Notes: generated from the letters alone by a model not told the origin. 64,000 nt of DNA from an uncultured Granulosicoccaceae bacterium (GCA_938028465.1 CALJAA010000006.1:14722-78721), one strand, 5' to 3'; shown: positions 47,134 through 57,948, numbered from the stretch's first letter. Numbers and translations: made by a program.

Positions 47134-49865
47134 TGGCTCGCGTAATAGATTCATTCGACGAGGAATATGAAGACGAGCACGACCAAGCAGACAGTCGCTC
47201 ATTTAGAGACCAAATCGACTTACAACATTACCTCCGAATTCTACGCAAGTACAAATGGCCGATAACGCTATTTTCTGCTGCGGTTACTGGATTGGCAGGT
47301 TACTACGCATACACCGCAACGCCTGTTTACTCGGCAGAGTCGACGCTCCTTATTGAGCAACAGAAAACGACCGGAATAGAAGGTATACAAGAACTAATCG
47401 GTGTAAAAGCGGAAAGCGCTGATTACTACCAGACACAATACGAGTTACTAAAATCTCGTGCGCTAGCCGCGAAGGTCATAGATCGACTAGAACTTTGGGA
47501 CGACCCGCTATTCTCTTCTGCAGCTAAAGAAGCGCAAATGAAGAGTGAAGTGGCTCAAAAGAACCTCATCTCGAATGCTGAGGATGGAGCCGTTTCTGAT
47601 GGCGGAGTTCAGGGTTTTGTTGCCAAGATCAAAAATACCCTCGGTCTCGGGCCCAGCGAGGCAGTTGATATTGCAGACTCTGTAGAAATCGCATCAGCAG
47701 AATCGATGGATTTAAGCGGTGAACAAAGCACAGAAACAGCAGGCCAAGAAATGGCCATACCTGGCGAACTTTCCGAGCGCGATCGTCAGGAAATTATCTC
47801 TAAATTTATGCAAGGCCTGACAATCTCACCGATTCGTCGTACCAAGCTAGTTCACATTGGTTATGTCTCTACTGATCAAGCGCTTACCGCAACGGTTGCG
47901 AATACCTACGCTGAGCAGTATATCGAGAGCTACCTAGACGCCAAAATGGAAATGACGACCAAGGCGACGTCTTGGTTAACAGAGCGCTTAGCCTCACTTA
48001 AAGTGACTCTAGACGATTCGAAATCCAAACTCCTTGCATACAAGCAAGCAAATGATCTTGTAGATGTTAATGGAAGCGTCGGTAGGTTAAATGAGCAAGA
48101 ACTGTTCATGCTAACAACTGAGCTGGCAGAAGCTAGAAGCCAATTGTCTTCTGCTAATGATGTTTATCGTCAAGTTCAATCGCTACGTGGTACGCCTGAA
48201 TTGTTGGAAACTCTACCAGCAATGCAGCTTGATCCATTAGTGCAGCGCGTAAAAATAGAGCAGGGCCAAGCGCAGCGTCAGCTGGATGAACTGCTCAACC
48301 GATATGGTGCTAGACACCCAAAAGTTATCGATGCTAAATCTCAACTGAGTACCTTGGACAGCACGCTTGCTGGTCATTTAAGTCGCGTAGCTGCCACCAT
48401 TCAATCGGACTACCAGCTAGTTCGTCAAAACGTTGCGACTATTCAAGCGAAACTAGCGCAAGGTAAACAAGAGATTCAGGCGATTGGCTCTAAGAAAATT
48501 GAGCTAGATGAAATCGAACGTGAAGTGGCAACTAACCAGGAGCTTTACGACACGTTTTTCAACCGTATGAGCGAAGCTCGTTCTGCTGATGGTTTAGAAA
48601 CCGCTAATGCGCGCTTGTCTGATCCGGCAGTCATACCCAACGCGCCGTTTAAGCCTAAGAAGCAGTTAATCATAGCGATTGCAGCTTTGGCATCGCTGAT
48701 GCTGTCGATGCTAATGGCATTTTTGTATGAGCAAATGGACGACACGATCAAAAGCACCAATGATGTTGAAGGTAAGTTGGGCGTTCGCTTACTAGGTATT
48801 TTCCCACTTATTAAGAGTGGCATGTTTAAGGGTACGCGCAGTTTGCCGCTCAACCCTACCGAAATTACTGATCCTAAAGGTACGTTCTCTGAATCGGTCA
48901 ATACGGTGCGCACTGCGCTGTGTATGGATGACGGCGACGTTCCAAGAAAAATCATCATGGTGACATCCTCTGTGCCAGGTGAAGGTAAGTCGACGGTATC
49001 GATCAACCTTTCGTACTCGCTTGGTCAACTTGAACGAGTGTTATTGATTGATTGTGATATGCGCCGTCCGACGGTTGCTAAGGCGGCTGGGTTCGATAAA
49101 AATATTCCAGGCTTAAGTAGTTTGATTACGGGCACAGCTTCCGCTCGAGATTGTATTAAGCGAGGTGTATTTGAAAACTCTGTTGATATTCTGCCTTCCG
49201 GTCCGATCCCAGATCAACCGCTAGAGCTATTGTCGTCAAAGCGTTTTGAAAAAATTCTGGAGCAACTTGCTCAGCACTATGATCGTATTATTATCGATTG
49301 CGCCCCAACTCAGGCAGTCTCAGATGCGCTAGTACTGAGTAAGTTAAGTGACGCTGTAGTTTATGCGGTGAAATCTCACGATACCTCTATGGAACTAGTG
49401 AAGCGAGGGCTACAACGTTTAGCGCAAGTTAAAGCCAAGCTCGCTGGCATATTGATTACCCAAGTGGATATTGATCGCATTACTTCTTACGGTGGCGACT
49501 ACTACTATCAGGGTTATTACGATTATTACGGTTACACTGAGAAGGGCCAGAAAACTAAACGCGGTGACAAAGTTCGTCTATCAAAAGAAGAGTTGTATCA
49601 GCTTAAGACAGATGATAGCGATGTACAGCTTGATCTAGATATGCCCTTAGCAGGGGCTGCAGCGGCTGGCGGAGTTTTTCATAATGGTGTGTTGCTTAAT
49701 GACGACGATCCATATGACAACCTTACCGATCATGCAGCAGAGTTCGATTTGACGGCACAGTTAGATGAAGAGATGCAATCACCGATTGAGCGCCTGCGTC
49801 GTGATCGTAACAAGCGCAAAACCGTGGGCAATCATTCATCTAATGATGACCTTGATATTCTCTAG
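47133..49865 (+). CDS. wzc: Wzc/GumC polysaccharide co-polymerase with BY-kinase
   Basis: Two TMs, coiled coil, Walker A SSVPGEGKS, IDCDMRRP, IIIDCAP, Tyr cluster YGGDYYYQGYYDYYGY. Confidence 0.93.
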   Translation: MARVIDSFDEEYEDEHDQADSRSFRDQIDLQHYLRILRKYKWPITLFSAAVTGLAGYYAYTATPVYSAESTLLIEQQKTTGIEGIQELIGVKAESADYYQTQYELLKSRALAAKVIDRLELWDDPLFSSAAKEAQMKSEVAQKNLISNAEDGAVSDGGVQGFVAKIKNTLGLGPSEAVDIADSVEIASAESMDLSGEQSTETAGQEMAIPGELSERDRQEIISKFMQGLTISPIRRTKLVHIGYVSTDQALTATVANTYAEQYIESYLDAKMEMTTKATSWLTERLASLKVTLDDSKSKLLAYKQANDLVDVNGSVGRLNEQELFMLTTELAEARSQLSSANDVYRQVQSLRGTPELLETLPAMQLDPLVQRVKIEQGQAQRQLDELLNRYGARHPKVIDAKSQLSTLDSTLAGHLSRVAATIQSDYQLVRQNVATIQAKLAQGKQEIQAIGSKKIELDEIEREVATNQELYDTFFNRMSEARSADGLETANARLSDPAVIPNAPFKPKKQLIIAIAALASLMLSMLMAFLYEQMDDTIKSTNDVEGKLGVRLLGIFPLIKSGMFKGTRSLPLNPTEITDPKGTFSESVNTVRTALCMDDGDVPRKIIMVTSSVPGEGKSTVSINLSYSLGQLERVLLIDCDMRRPTVAKAAGFDKNIPGLSSLITGTASARDCIKRGVFENSVDILPSGPIPDQPLELLSSKRFEKILEQLAQHYDRIIIDCAPTQAVSDALVLSKLSDAVVYAVKSHDTSMELVKRGLQRLAQVKAKLAGILITQVDIDRITSYGGDYYYQGYYDYYGYTEKGQKTKRGDKVRLSKEELYQLKTDDSDVQLDLDMPLAGAAAAGGVFHNGVLLNDDDPYDNLTDHAAEFDLTAQLDEEMQSPIERLRRDRNKRKTVGNHSSNDDLDIL

Positions 49866-49897
49866 TCACTGATCATTAATCTGAAATAGGTCGAGCC

Positions 49898-50911
49898 TTA
49901 CATTACGTTTGGCTCGATTCTAAGTTCCACATCAAAGCTTCTTTTGACGCACTGGCGGATATCATCCGCCAGTGCTAGTAGCTGCTCTCCAGTACCGCCC
50001 CCAAAGTTCACTAATACCAGAGCTTGTTTGTCATGTACACCCACCGAGCCTGTGCGTTTGCCACGAAAACCTAGGGTGTCGATAAGCCATCCCGCGGCGA
50101 GCTTTACTTGGCCATCAGCTTGCGGGTAGGCGACTAAGTTTGGATGTTTGGCTTTTAACGATTGATAGTGCTCTTTTTTAACAATCGGGTTTTGAAAAAA
50201 GCTGCCCACGTTGCTAAGTACCTTTGGATCCGGTAGCTTTTGGGAACGAATTTGGCAAACCAAACGACTAACCGCTTTTGCATCTACGTTGGTCAATTGT
50301 GATTCTTCGATTAATTGCTGAAGTGCCGCATATTGAGTATTAAGCGGTAATGATTTTGATAGCTTAAGCGTAATAGTCGATATCACGTATTCGCTTTTTA
50401 GTCGCTTGAACAAGCTATTGCGATATCCAAACTCACATTCCTTGTTCGTGAAGGTTCGCCATTCTCCTGAAGGTAAGTGCAGCGCGCGCAAAGATACCAA
50501 GCGTTGGTTGAGTTCGACACCGTATGCACCGATATTTTGCACTGGAGCTGCTCCTGCTGCGCCTGGGATTAAACTTAAATTCTCTAAGCCTGCATACCCT
50601 TTTTGAAGAGTATCGAGTACAAGCTCATGCCAGTTAACGCCTGCGTTCGCAGTCACAAGAACGTCATCTTTAGAGGTTGATTGGTAGTTGATATCAGCAC
50701 CCACGGGATGTACAACGAGGCCTTTGATATCTTGGGTGAGGACAATGTTGCTACCACCTCCTAATACAAATAGAGGCCAGCTTTTCTTGAGGGCGTGCTC
50801 GCGGGCTTCGGCTAAGTCGTCGTCGAATTGCGCTGCGACGAAGTGTTCAGCTGTGTGTTCAAACGCCAATGTGTTTAAGCGCTTTAATGATTTATTTTTT
50901 TCAAACTGCAT
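49898..50911 (-). CDS. murB: UDP-N-acetylmuramate dehydrogenase
   Basis: LGGGSN, IPG..GAAPVQNIGAYG, GSFFQNP, KQALVLVN, IEP. Confidence 0.96.
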   Translation of the reverse strand: MQFEKNKSLKRLNTLAFEHTAEHFVAAQFDDDLAEAREHALKKSWPLFVLGGGSNIVLTQDIKGLVVHPVGADINYQSTSKDDVLVTANAGVNWHELVLDTLQKGYAGLENLSLIPGAAGAAPVQNIGAYGVELNQRLVSLRALHLPSGEWRTFTNKECEFGYRNSLFKRLKSEYVISTITLKLSKSLPLNTQYAALQQLIEESQLTNVDAKAVSRLVCQIRSQKLPDPKVLSNVGSFFQNPIVKKEHYQSLKAKHPNLVAYPQADGQVKLAAGWLIDTLGFRGKRTGSVGVHDKQALVLVNFGGGTGEQLLALADDIRQCVKRSFDVELRIEPNVM

Positions 50912-50925
50912 GGGCTCACACGGCG

Positions 50926-52368
50926 TTATTTGTTCGACTTCTTTTTGAGTGTATTGACGGCAATATTATCGTTTAAATTGCCGGCTAAAGTTGTACTAGC
51001 TAGATCAGCACGATCCTCTGCGGATCTCAGTACGGTTGGATACTTCGCACCCAGTGTGACAGCTCTCATGATCATCAGTATATAGTACGCCAGCCACAAA
51101 CCATCGTTGTTGTAGTACTTCACCAGCACAATGGATGCGACGACAAATACACTGGATGAGATCAACATACCGTTTCGCATGGCGCGAGTGTGGGTGGTGC
51201 CGATGAAAATGCCGTCTAGTAAAAAACTCCAAACGCAAATGAGCGGCGAAAGAACAATCCACGGCAACCATTGCCGAGTGATTTCTCTCAATGGCTCTTG
51301 TGTTGTCATGGCATCGATCATGGCGCCGCCCGCTGAGGCAAACAGTGCGATGAGCGCAAGCGCAAACAAACCGGCCCAAATAGTACTGGCTTTCACAGCG
51401 CTGCTTAACGCAGTGCGATTGCGTTGGCCTAATGCGTATCCGGTCAGTGTTTCTGCGGCATGTGAAAAACCATCCAAGGCATAGGCCATAAAGTGCAGCA
51501 TGTTAATAAGCAATACGTTGGCGGCTAGGATGTCATCGCCTTGCTTAGATCCCATAACAGTAAGCCAGTAAAACGAAGCGGTAAGACAGAGTGTGCGGAT
51601 AAATAAATCGCCGCTTATTTGCAAAAACTCCATGAAGCGTTTGGGGTCCGCTATCCAGCTTTTTATAGGGTTGCCTGTAGCTGCGTTGTTGCGACGTAAG
51701 GCCGATAAGGTTCCGCTCATAACTAGTGCCGCGGCTAGTGCTAGATATTCACTTATGACGGTGGCTGTAGCAATGCCTTTAATGCCCCAGTCGGTGTAGT
51801 TAAAAAACACCAGATTGAGCACGATATTGGTGATGTTTAATATGAGCTGAAGGCTGAATATCGCGCGCATGCGTTGCTGACCGATCAAGATGCCCGATAA
51901 GGCATACGTCATCAAGGTGGCAGGTGCGGACCAAATGCGAATACGATAGTACTCGGCGACTAAGGCATGGACGCGCTCAGAGCTCTCCATAAGCGCTAAG
52001 CCAAGCCAAAGGAGGTATTCGCTCAGCAGGATGAGGCAAAGTCCTAATATTAGCGCTAATAGCAGCGCACGCAATCCAGTACGATCAGCCTGTAGTGGCT
52101 TGGCTGCGCCATGCGCTTGCGCCACTAGGCCGCCTGTGGCCATGCGTAAGAATCCAAATACCCACAATATGGAGCTGAACATCACGGCACCGATGCCAGC
52201 AGCTGAGACGAAGGCAGGGGAGTCCATACGGCCCATCACGGCAGTATCCACGATGCCCACCAATGGCACAGTGCTGTTAGACAAGATTATGGGTATGGCC
52301 AACCACAAGACACGCTTGTGCCATCCGGCAGTATTGCTGGGCAGATTAGGCGGGGATGACGTGCTCAA
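50926..52368 (-). CDS. MATE efflux transporter (DinF subfamily)
   Basis: PIILSNSTVPLVGIVDTAVMG, FGFLRMATGG, LDGIFIG. Confidence 0.93.
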   Translation of the reverse strand: MSTSSPPNLPSNTAGWHKRVLWLAIPIILSNSTVPLVGIVDTAVMGRMDSPAFVSAAGIGAVMFSSILWVFGFLRMATGGLVAQAHGAAKPLQADRTGLRALLLALILGLCLILLSEYLLWLGLALMESSERVHALVAEYYRIRIWSAPATLMTYALSGILIGQQRMRAIFSLQLILNITNIVLNLVFFNYTDWGIKGIATATVISEYLALAAALVMSGTLSALRRNNAATGNPIKSWIADPKRFMEFLQISGDLFIRTLCLTASFYWLTVMGSKQGDDILAANVLLINMLHFMAYALDGFSHAAETLTGYALGQRNRTALSSAVKASTIWAGLFALALIALFASAGGAMIDAMTTQEPLREITRQWLPWIVLSPLICVWSFLLDGIFIGTTHTRAMRNGMLISSSVFVVASIVLVKYYNNDGLWLAYYILMIMRAVTLGAKYPTVLRSAEDRADLASTTLAGNLNDNIAVNTLKKKSNK

Positions 52369-52455
52369 ATGTTATCTGCGGTAAAGCGGGCTCACCGTGA
52401 TGATAGGCTTTTTATTGTGGGGTGTTGGTGGAAAGGTTGAAGGGCAGAGCAGCTT

Positions 52456-52481
52456 GTCATCCCCGCCTACGCGGGAATGAC
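52456..52481. repeat. Solo REP/dRS3-like palindrome
   Basis: GTCATCCCCGCCTACGCGGGAATGAC; same family as 17447-17602. Confidence 0.85.
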
Positions 52482-52534
52482 ACCTTCAGAGGGCTGGCAG
52501 CGCTAGAATGAGAGCCAGACCTCTAGCGTCGCCA

Positions 52535-53878
52535 TTAGTTGCGACGACGATCCTGCTGAGGTCGACCGATGCAATCGTACTTAAAACCCGCCTCACGCAT
52601 AACAGTCGGATCGTACAAGTTTCGGCCGTCAATAATAACTGCGTTGTTTAGGCTCTTTTTCAACGCGGATAAATCAACGCTGCGGAATTCACTCCATTCA
52701 GTACAGATAAGTAAAGCATCCGCACCCATAACACTATCTTGCGCAGTACCGACTAATTCAAGACGCTTTTCGTCAGGATAAAAGTGGCGCATCTCGGACA
52801 TTGCAACGGGGTCGTAGGCGCGTACTGTGCCGCCAGCTTCGAAGATAGCTTCGATAAGCACACGGCTTGCAGCTTCACGTAGATCATCTGTGTTGGGTTT
52901 GAATGATAAGCCCCAAACAGCAAAGCACTTGCCTTTGATATCGTTATCAAAATGACGCATTAGCTTTTCGAAAAGCACGTGCTTTTGGCGATCATTTACC
53001 GCGTCAACCGAGGCAAGCAACTCAGCGTTGTAATCAACACTGCGTGCTGTAGCTACTAGTGCTTTTACGTCTTTAGGGAAGCATGAACCGCCATAACCGC
53101 AACCAGGGTAAATAAAATGGTAGCCGATACGCGGGTCAGAGCCGATACCAATACGAACATCCTCTATATCAGCACCAACACGATCAGCGATGTTAGAGAG
53201 CTCATTCATGAAACTGATTTTTGTTGCCAGTAAGGAATTAGCCGCATACTTTGTTAGTTCAGAAGAACGACGGTTCATAAAAATGATTTTGTCGTGGTTT
53301 CTGCAGAAAGGGCCATAGAGTTCGCGCATCACTTCGATAGCGTGCTGATCATCTGTTCCTATAACGATGCGATCCGGCTTCATGAAGTCGTCGATCGCCG
53401 CACCTTCTTTTAAAAATTCAGGATTAGAGATAACAGCGTAGTCGTGATTTAGGTTGCGCTTTTTAAGTTCAGCAGCCATCACATCTTCAACCATGTCACC
53501 CGTGCCAACTGGTACCGTTGATTTGTTAACAACGATCTTGTTTTCAGTCATGCGTTCTGAAATAGTTTTTGCCACGGCAGCAACATACTGCATGTCCGCA
53601 GAACCATCTTCACCTGGTGGTGTGCCAACGGCGATGAATTGTACTTCGCTGTGGGCCACAGCTACGTCCATGTCTGTAGTGAAATCTAACCGTTTAGCTT
53701 CTACGTTGCGTTTAATGACATCGTCTAGACCAGGTTCAAAGATTGGGACAATGCCCTTTTTAAGGTTGGCTACTTTCTTGGTGTCTACATCGACGCACAT
53801 GACGTCGTTACCAACATCTGCTAAGAGTGAGCCAGTTACCAAGCCAACATAGCCTGATCCGTATATGGTTACTTTCAT
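52535..53878 (-). CDS. ugd: UDP-glucose 6-dehydrogenase
   Basis: GSGYVGL, KSTVPVGT, PEFLKEG, GYGGSCFPKD, FKPNTDD. Confidence 0.95.
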   Translation of the reverse strand: MKVTIYGSGYVGLVTGSLLADVGNDVMCVDVDTKKVANLKKGIVPIFEPGLDDVIKRNVEAKRLDFTTDMDVAVAHSEVQFIAVGTPPGEDGSADMQYVAAVAKTISERMTENKIVVNKSTVPVGTGDMVEDVMAAELKKRNLNHDYAVISNPEFLKEGAAIDDFMKPDRIVIGTDDQHAIEVMRELYGPFCRNHDKIIFMNRRSSELTKYAANSLLATKISFMNELSNIADRVGADIEDVRIGIGSDPRIGYHFIYPGCGYGGSCFPKDVKALVATARSVDYNAELLASVDAVNDRQKHVLFEKLMRHFDNDIKGKCFAVWGLSFKPNTDDLREAASRVLIEAIFEAGGTVRAYDPVAMSEMRHFYPDEKRLELVGTAQDSVMGADALLICTEWSEFRSVDLSALKKSLNNAVIIDGRNLYDPTVMREAGFKYDCIGRPQQDRRRN

Positions 53879-53993
53879 TTGGGGGTCTCTGATGGCGAGT
53901 AATAAAACGTTGAACTAGGTAGCTCAACAACAAATTTTACCCGACAACCTATTGTTTTCTATTGAATTTTGTTAACAATACCGATGAAAAACT

Positions 53994-54009
53994 TGCCAAA
54001 CTCGTGCCG
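53994..54009 (-). promoter_or_regulatory. Candidate sigma-54 promoter for ugd
   Basis: CGGCACGAGTTTGGCA on minus strand: GG-N10-GC, 2 mismatches to TGGCACGRNNNTTGCW. Confidence 0.35.
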
Positions 54010-54237
54010 AAACAGCTGTCTTTCGAATAAATCATCGGATGAGGTAGGCGTTGTACGCCGTAGCGGTAAATTATAGTGCTAATGAAGGGATGTGTTGTGT
54101 TGCTATTAACACTACAGAGCCTGTGAATTGTTATATAAGGTGAGATGTGGCTCAGTGCACTTTTTTTGGGCGTCCTCATCGGCCCATAGGGCCGCCGTTA
54201 GTCGCTAGTTTATTTAGAGAGTTTCGTATTGTTGTGA

Positions 54238-55236
54238 CTAGCACCGAGCCATTTGTTGCTTCAACTCTTCGCAGCGTTTCATGTATTGTCGAGTGCTCAA
54301 TGGCATCGGTACGCGAGCTCTAGCCACCCAATTAATCAAATTTCTACCCACTACGAGTGTTTGACGTGCGTGTTCAATGGCAAATGCGCATTCTGGCGTG
54401 CAATCGGCCTCAGCCACCATTTGAAACTGGCCGAGCTGCTCACCGGCTGCAATGAACTTAGGCCAAATATCAAAAATGTCCCGATCTGATTTCATGGTTT
54501 CACATTCATGGCGCGCAGCGTCCGCATAGGCATTGACCAAATCATCGATGCCGTCAAATTCGGAGCGCCCGCCAAACGTATCGGTCATAACCTTGGCCAG
54601 TAGATCAATATTACCCATGGTTTGCGATACCTTGATAAAGCGAGATTCATAGTAGGCATTGATCGGGATCGTAAACGCTCTAAACGGTTCACCCCAAAGT
54701 TCGTCTATACCTTCTTCACCACTGTGATGCTTAACCTGTTTCCCCAGTTCTAGTGCTTCTTTGAAGTACCTGCCACAATCTTTCATCAGTTCGTTTTGCC
54801 GGCTGATTTTTACGCCCTTTTCTTCTAGCTCTACAATGGCCGTGAATATATCAGTAGCGCGATTGAACAAAGCGCCAGCCAGCATTGCAGCGTTTACGCG
54901 CTTTAGTGCAGGGTCAGTAGCGGCTTCATAGGCGCTACGAGCTTCGTCGAGGCGGTGACCAGGCGTGTTGATGCCAGGCTCTGTGTGGTGGAATGTTCGG
55001 CGGGTAAGGTGGTCAATTAACGATTTACGTGAAGCGAGCGATTCTTCCAGCGGCTGGTAATAACGCACCCAATAGCCGTCGTAGAAAATGAACTCTTTGC
55101 CATCGATTTCCTTACGCGTGCCGTTGCCGATAGTGGCGACGGCTGGCTGAGGTTTAACGCTGACAGTTCTAGCTGTTGCTATGGCCATGTATAGGGCCGG
55201 TTGCTGTTGACGGCCGAAATTATAACTATCTGACAA
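54238..55236 (-). CDS. Hypothetical soluble protein (ATG 55188 is an alternative start)
   Basis: 332-aa ORF with protein-like composition; no family recognised. Confidence 0.8.
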   Translation of the reverse strand: MSDSYNFGRQQQPALYMAIATARTVSVKPQPAVATIGNGTRKEIDGKEFIFYDGYWVRYYQPLEESLASRKSLIDHLTRRTFHHTEPGINTPGHRLDEARSAYEAATDPALKRVNAAMLAGALFNRATDIFTAIVELEEKGVKISRQNELMKDCGRYFKEALELGKQVKHHSGEEGIDELWGEPFRAFTIPINAYYESRFIKVSQTMGNIDLLAKVMTDTFGGRSEFDGIDDLVNAYADAARHECETMKSDRDIFDIWPKFIAAGEQLGQFQMVAEADCTPECAFAIEHARQTLVVGRNLINWVARARVPMPLSTRQYMKRCEELKQQMARC

Positions 55237-55446
55237 GAAATGTCCTGCGTATGTGTCGATGATTCGGGCAGTTTGTAATGGATTGGGCGAAATAACCAGA
55301 GAAGTACCATTGATAAGATGTTTTATACCATTGATATTAAAAAGAAAACTCGATAATTATTTAATGATGAAATATGGTCATTGCTAATAGCTATTGTTGT
55401 CATAGTAGTCACAATTGGTCGTATTTAGAGGGGCAAAGCTCAGGGT

Positions 55447-56442
55447 TTAGCGATTTGCTATCAATATCGCACGACGTGGCCTCGGCAATCCTTCTATGGT
55501 GAGTAGCTTATTGTCTGGATCTAGGGCGTTGCTCAGTGAGTGATAGGGCATCCACTCAGTCGTTCGCTGTTCAAATGGCGAGGTCACATCTACCGAGATG
55601 CAGCGGATATCCTTAAAAGAGGCTTCCTCCATCCAGCGCGCCACTCTAAGCACGCTTGGCAGTTGATACAGGTTACGCATATTGGCGTAGCGATCCTCTA
55701 TTTCAATTTCGGAGTCCTCTTCGCCGGGTGCTATCAATGTTTCGAGAATGAGCTCACCGCCGGGCTTTAAGGCATCTCGTAGACTTTGTAAGTGTTCGGA
55801 GGGCTCGCGACGGTGATAGAGCACACCCATGGAAAAAACACTATCAAATGCTTGAGTTACCGGAAATTGCTCGAAGGTTAGAGGCAACATCATGACGCTT
55901 GGGGTGGTTGCGTAGCGTTGTATGGCCTTGAATTGGCAATTAAACAGCGGGCTAGGCTCTACACCTAAGGCAAGCTTTGCCCCCGCCTCATGCATACGCC
56001 AAAGGTGATAGCCGTTGCCGCAGCCTACGTCTAGCACATCTCGTCCCTCTAGAGGAGTGATGTGCTCAGCCAATCGATTCCACTTCCAGCTAGAGCGCCA
56101 CTCCGTATCGATAGTGATTGGCCCGAGTTTGAAAGGGCCTTTGCGCCAAGGCATGAGTTCTTTAAGTGCTGATTCAAGTTGTGATGCGTTTTCGTTGCTG
56201 ATGTTAGGTAGGTCAATAAACCAATGATCTTCATCATTACGGGCAGCTTGAGTGTTGAGCTTGGGTAACGCGTTTACCGCATCACGCCATCTAGGGTAGA
56301 AGCCATGCTCTATTTCATGTTCGTTAAGCAAGGCCGTTATCGCCGAAACATGCTCAGCCATGGGCGTGCCGTTAAAACCATCTATAAGCTGAGCTTCAGA
56401 TACGATGTCAATTAACTTGTACTTGATTGTTTCGTCGTTCAT
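55447..56442 (-). CDS. cmoB: tRNA U34 carboxymethyltransferase CmoB
   Basis: PWRKGPF, IDTEWRS, DVGCGNGY, SMGVLYHR, RYANMRN. Confidence 0.96.
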   Translation of the reverse strand: MNDETIKYKLIDIVSEAQLIDGFNGTPMAEHVSAITALLNEHEIEHGFYPRWRDAVNALPKLNTQAARNDEDHWFIDLPNISNENASQLESALKELMPWRKGPFKLGPITIDTEWRSSWKWNRLAEHITPLEGRDVLDVGCGNGYHLWRMHEAGAKLALGVEPSPLFNCQFKAIQRYATTPSVMMLPLTFEQFPVTQAFDSVFSMGVLYHRREPSEHLQSLRDALKPGGELILETLIAPGEEDSEIEIEDRYANMRNLYQLPSVLRVARWMEEASFKDIRCISVDVTSPFEQRTTEWMPYHSLSNALDPDNKLLTIEGLPRPRRAILIANR

Positions 56443-57194
56443 TAGCTTCGCAGCGCAATTATTGATACAAAATTAAAACACTGAAACCAAACGGTGCTGG
56501 TACTGAATCCGGCCGTTTTCATTCGCTGTTGGTGTTCGCTGATGGTATCGGGGATCAGCACATTCTCAAGCGCAGTACGCTTCTGGCTGATTTCCAGTTC
56601 GCTATAACCATTTAGCCCTTTAAAGTTGTAGTACATGTCGGTATGCAATTTTTCTAATCGCGGATCATCAAAACACACTTTTTCAGACAAAATCATGACC
56701 CCGCCAGGTACGAGAGCCTCGGCTGCTTTATTCATCATCTCCATTCGTTGTTCTGGTGGGATAAATTGCAGCGTAAAATTTAATGCAATAACAGATGCAT
56801 TGCTCAGAGGCGTACTACTGATATCACCAAGCTCTAAAGCAATGGGCACACGTTTGTCAGCTGAAGAATCAATAATAGATTGGCAACGTTCTAGCATAGC
56901 GGCGGAATTGTCTATCCCTGCGATAACAATGCCTTCAGGGATTGGCGAAGTTTGTGTTAGGCCATTACGCATTGCCAAGCTGGTAGCCCCGAGTGAGCAG
57001 CCTAAATCATAGAGCGTCGTGTTGGCCTGCGCATATTTCGCCGCAAGCAGCCCAGATTGCGCAATAATACTTTGGTAACCAGGAATGGATCGTTGCAGCA
57101 TGTCGGGGAACACGTCAACCACGCCTTGATCGAAACGGAACTCATTGATATTGCCCAGAGGCTCAGCAAATAGCTTGTCTTGTTGTTGACTCAT
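56442..57194 (-). CDS. cmoA: Carboxy-S-adenosylmethionine synthase CmoA
   Basis: FPDMLQRSIPGY, YDLGCSLGA, NFTLQF, NGYSELEISQKR, WFQCFNF. Confidence 0.97.
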   Translation of the reverse strand: MSQQQDKLFAEPLGNINEFRFDQGVVDVFPDMLQRSIPGYQSIIAQSGLLAAKYAQANTTLYDLGCSLGATSLAMRNGLTQTSPIPEGIVIAGIDNSAAMLERCQSIIDSSADKRVPIALELGDISSTPLSNASVIALNFTLQFIPPEQRMEMMNKAAEALVPGGVMILSEKVCFDDPRLEKLHTDMYYNFKGLNGYSELEISQKRTALENVLIPDTISEHQQRMKTAGFSTSTVWFQCFNFVSIIALRS

Positions 57195-57312
57195 TAAAAT
57201 CGTGTGCTCGAACAGATGCCCGCAAGTGTAAGGTGCTAGGATAGCGTGTTCAACAACGTACTGCCCAAAATTGCCAGATTATCCTAGCGCTAACCCACAC
57301 GCTAAAAACCAT

Positions 57313-57948
57313 ATGGCCCTTCAATACAAACCTGAAACCGCTATACGTCGCTTATCCAAAGCGGACCCTGTTATGGCGGCGTTGATGAAAAAGGCAGGCC
57401 CATTTGATATCGCAACTGAATTTGATCTAACTCCATTTGAAGCCTTAGTTAGGGCCATCGTCTATCAACAGTTGGCAGGTTCTGCGGCAGCTGCCATTCA
57501 TGGGCGATTAAATGCGTTATTTGATGGCGAGATAACAGCAGAAGCCTTGCTTAAACGGCGTAAGTCAACATTGCGCAAAGTAGGCCTGTCAGAAGCCAAG
57601 GCCTTAGCGGTTCATGACTTAGCTAACAAAAGAATCGACGGCATCGTGCCTGACCTTAAAACGCTGCAGCAGCTAAGCAATGAAGAAATCATCGAGCGAC
57701 TCACCGCAGTAAGAGGTGTGGGCCGTTGGACAGTTGAGATGATGCTTATATTTCGCTTGGGGCGTGCTGATGTGCTGCCTTTAAATGATTTAGGTATTCG
57801 TAAAGGTTATCAATTTGCCTATGGGCAGGATGCTCTTCCTACGCCAAAGGCCTTAGCTAAAGTAGGTGAGCAGTGGTCGCCGTATCGAACGGTTGCCAGC
57901 TGGTATCTGTGGCGAGCGTGTCATAGTCCTGAGTGGTTCGACAAATGA
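57313..57948 (+). CDS. DNA-3-methyladenine glycosylase II (AlkA/HhH-GPD family)
   Basis: AIVYQQL, VRGVGRWTVEM, DLGIR, WSPYRTVASWYLW. Confidence 0.92.
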   Translation: MALQYKPETAIRRLSKADPVMAALMKKAGPFDIATEFDLTPFEALVRAIVYQQLAGSAAAAIHGRLNALFDGEITAEALLKRRKSTLRKVGLSEAKALAVHDLANKRIDGIVPDLKTLQQLSNEEIIERLTAVRGVGRWTVEMMLIFRLGRADVLPLNDLGIRKGYQFAYGQDALPTPKALAKVGEQWSPYRTVASWYLWRACHSPEWFDK

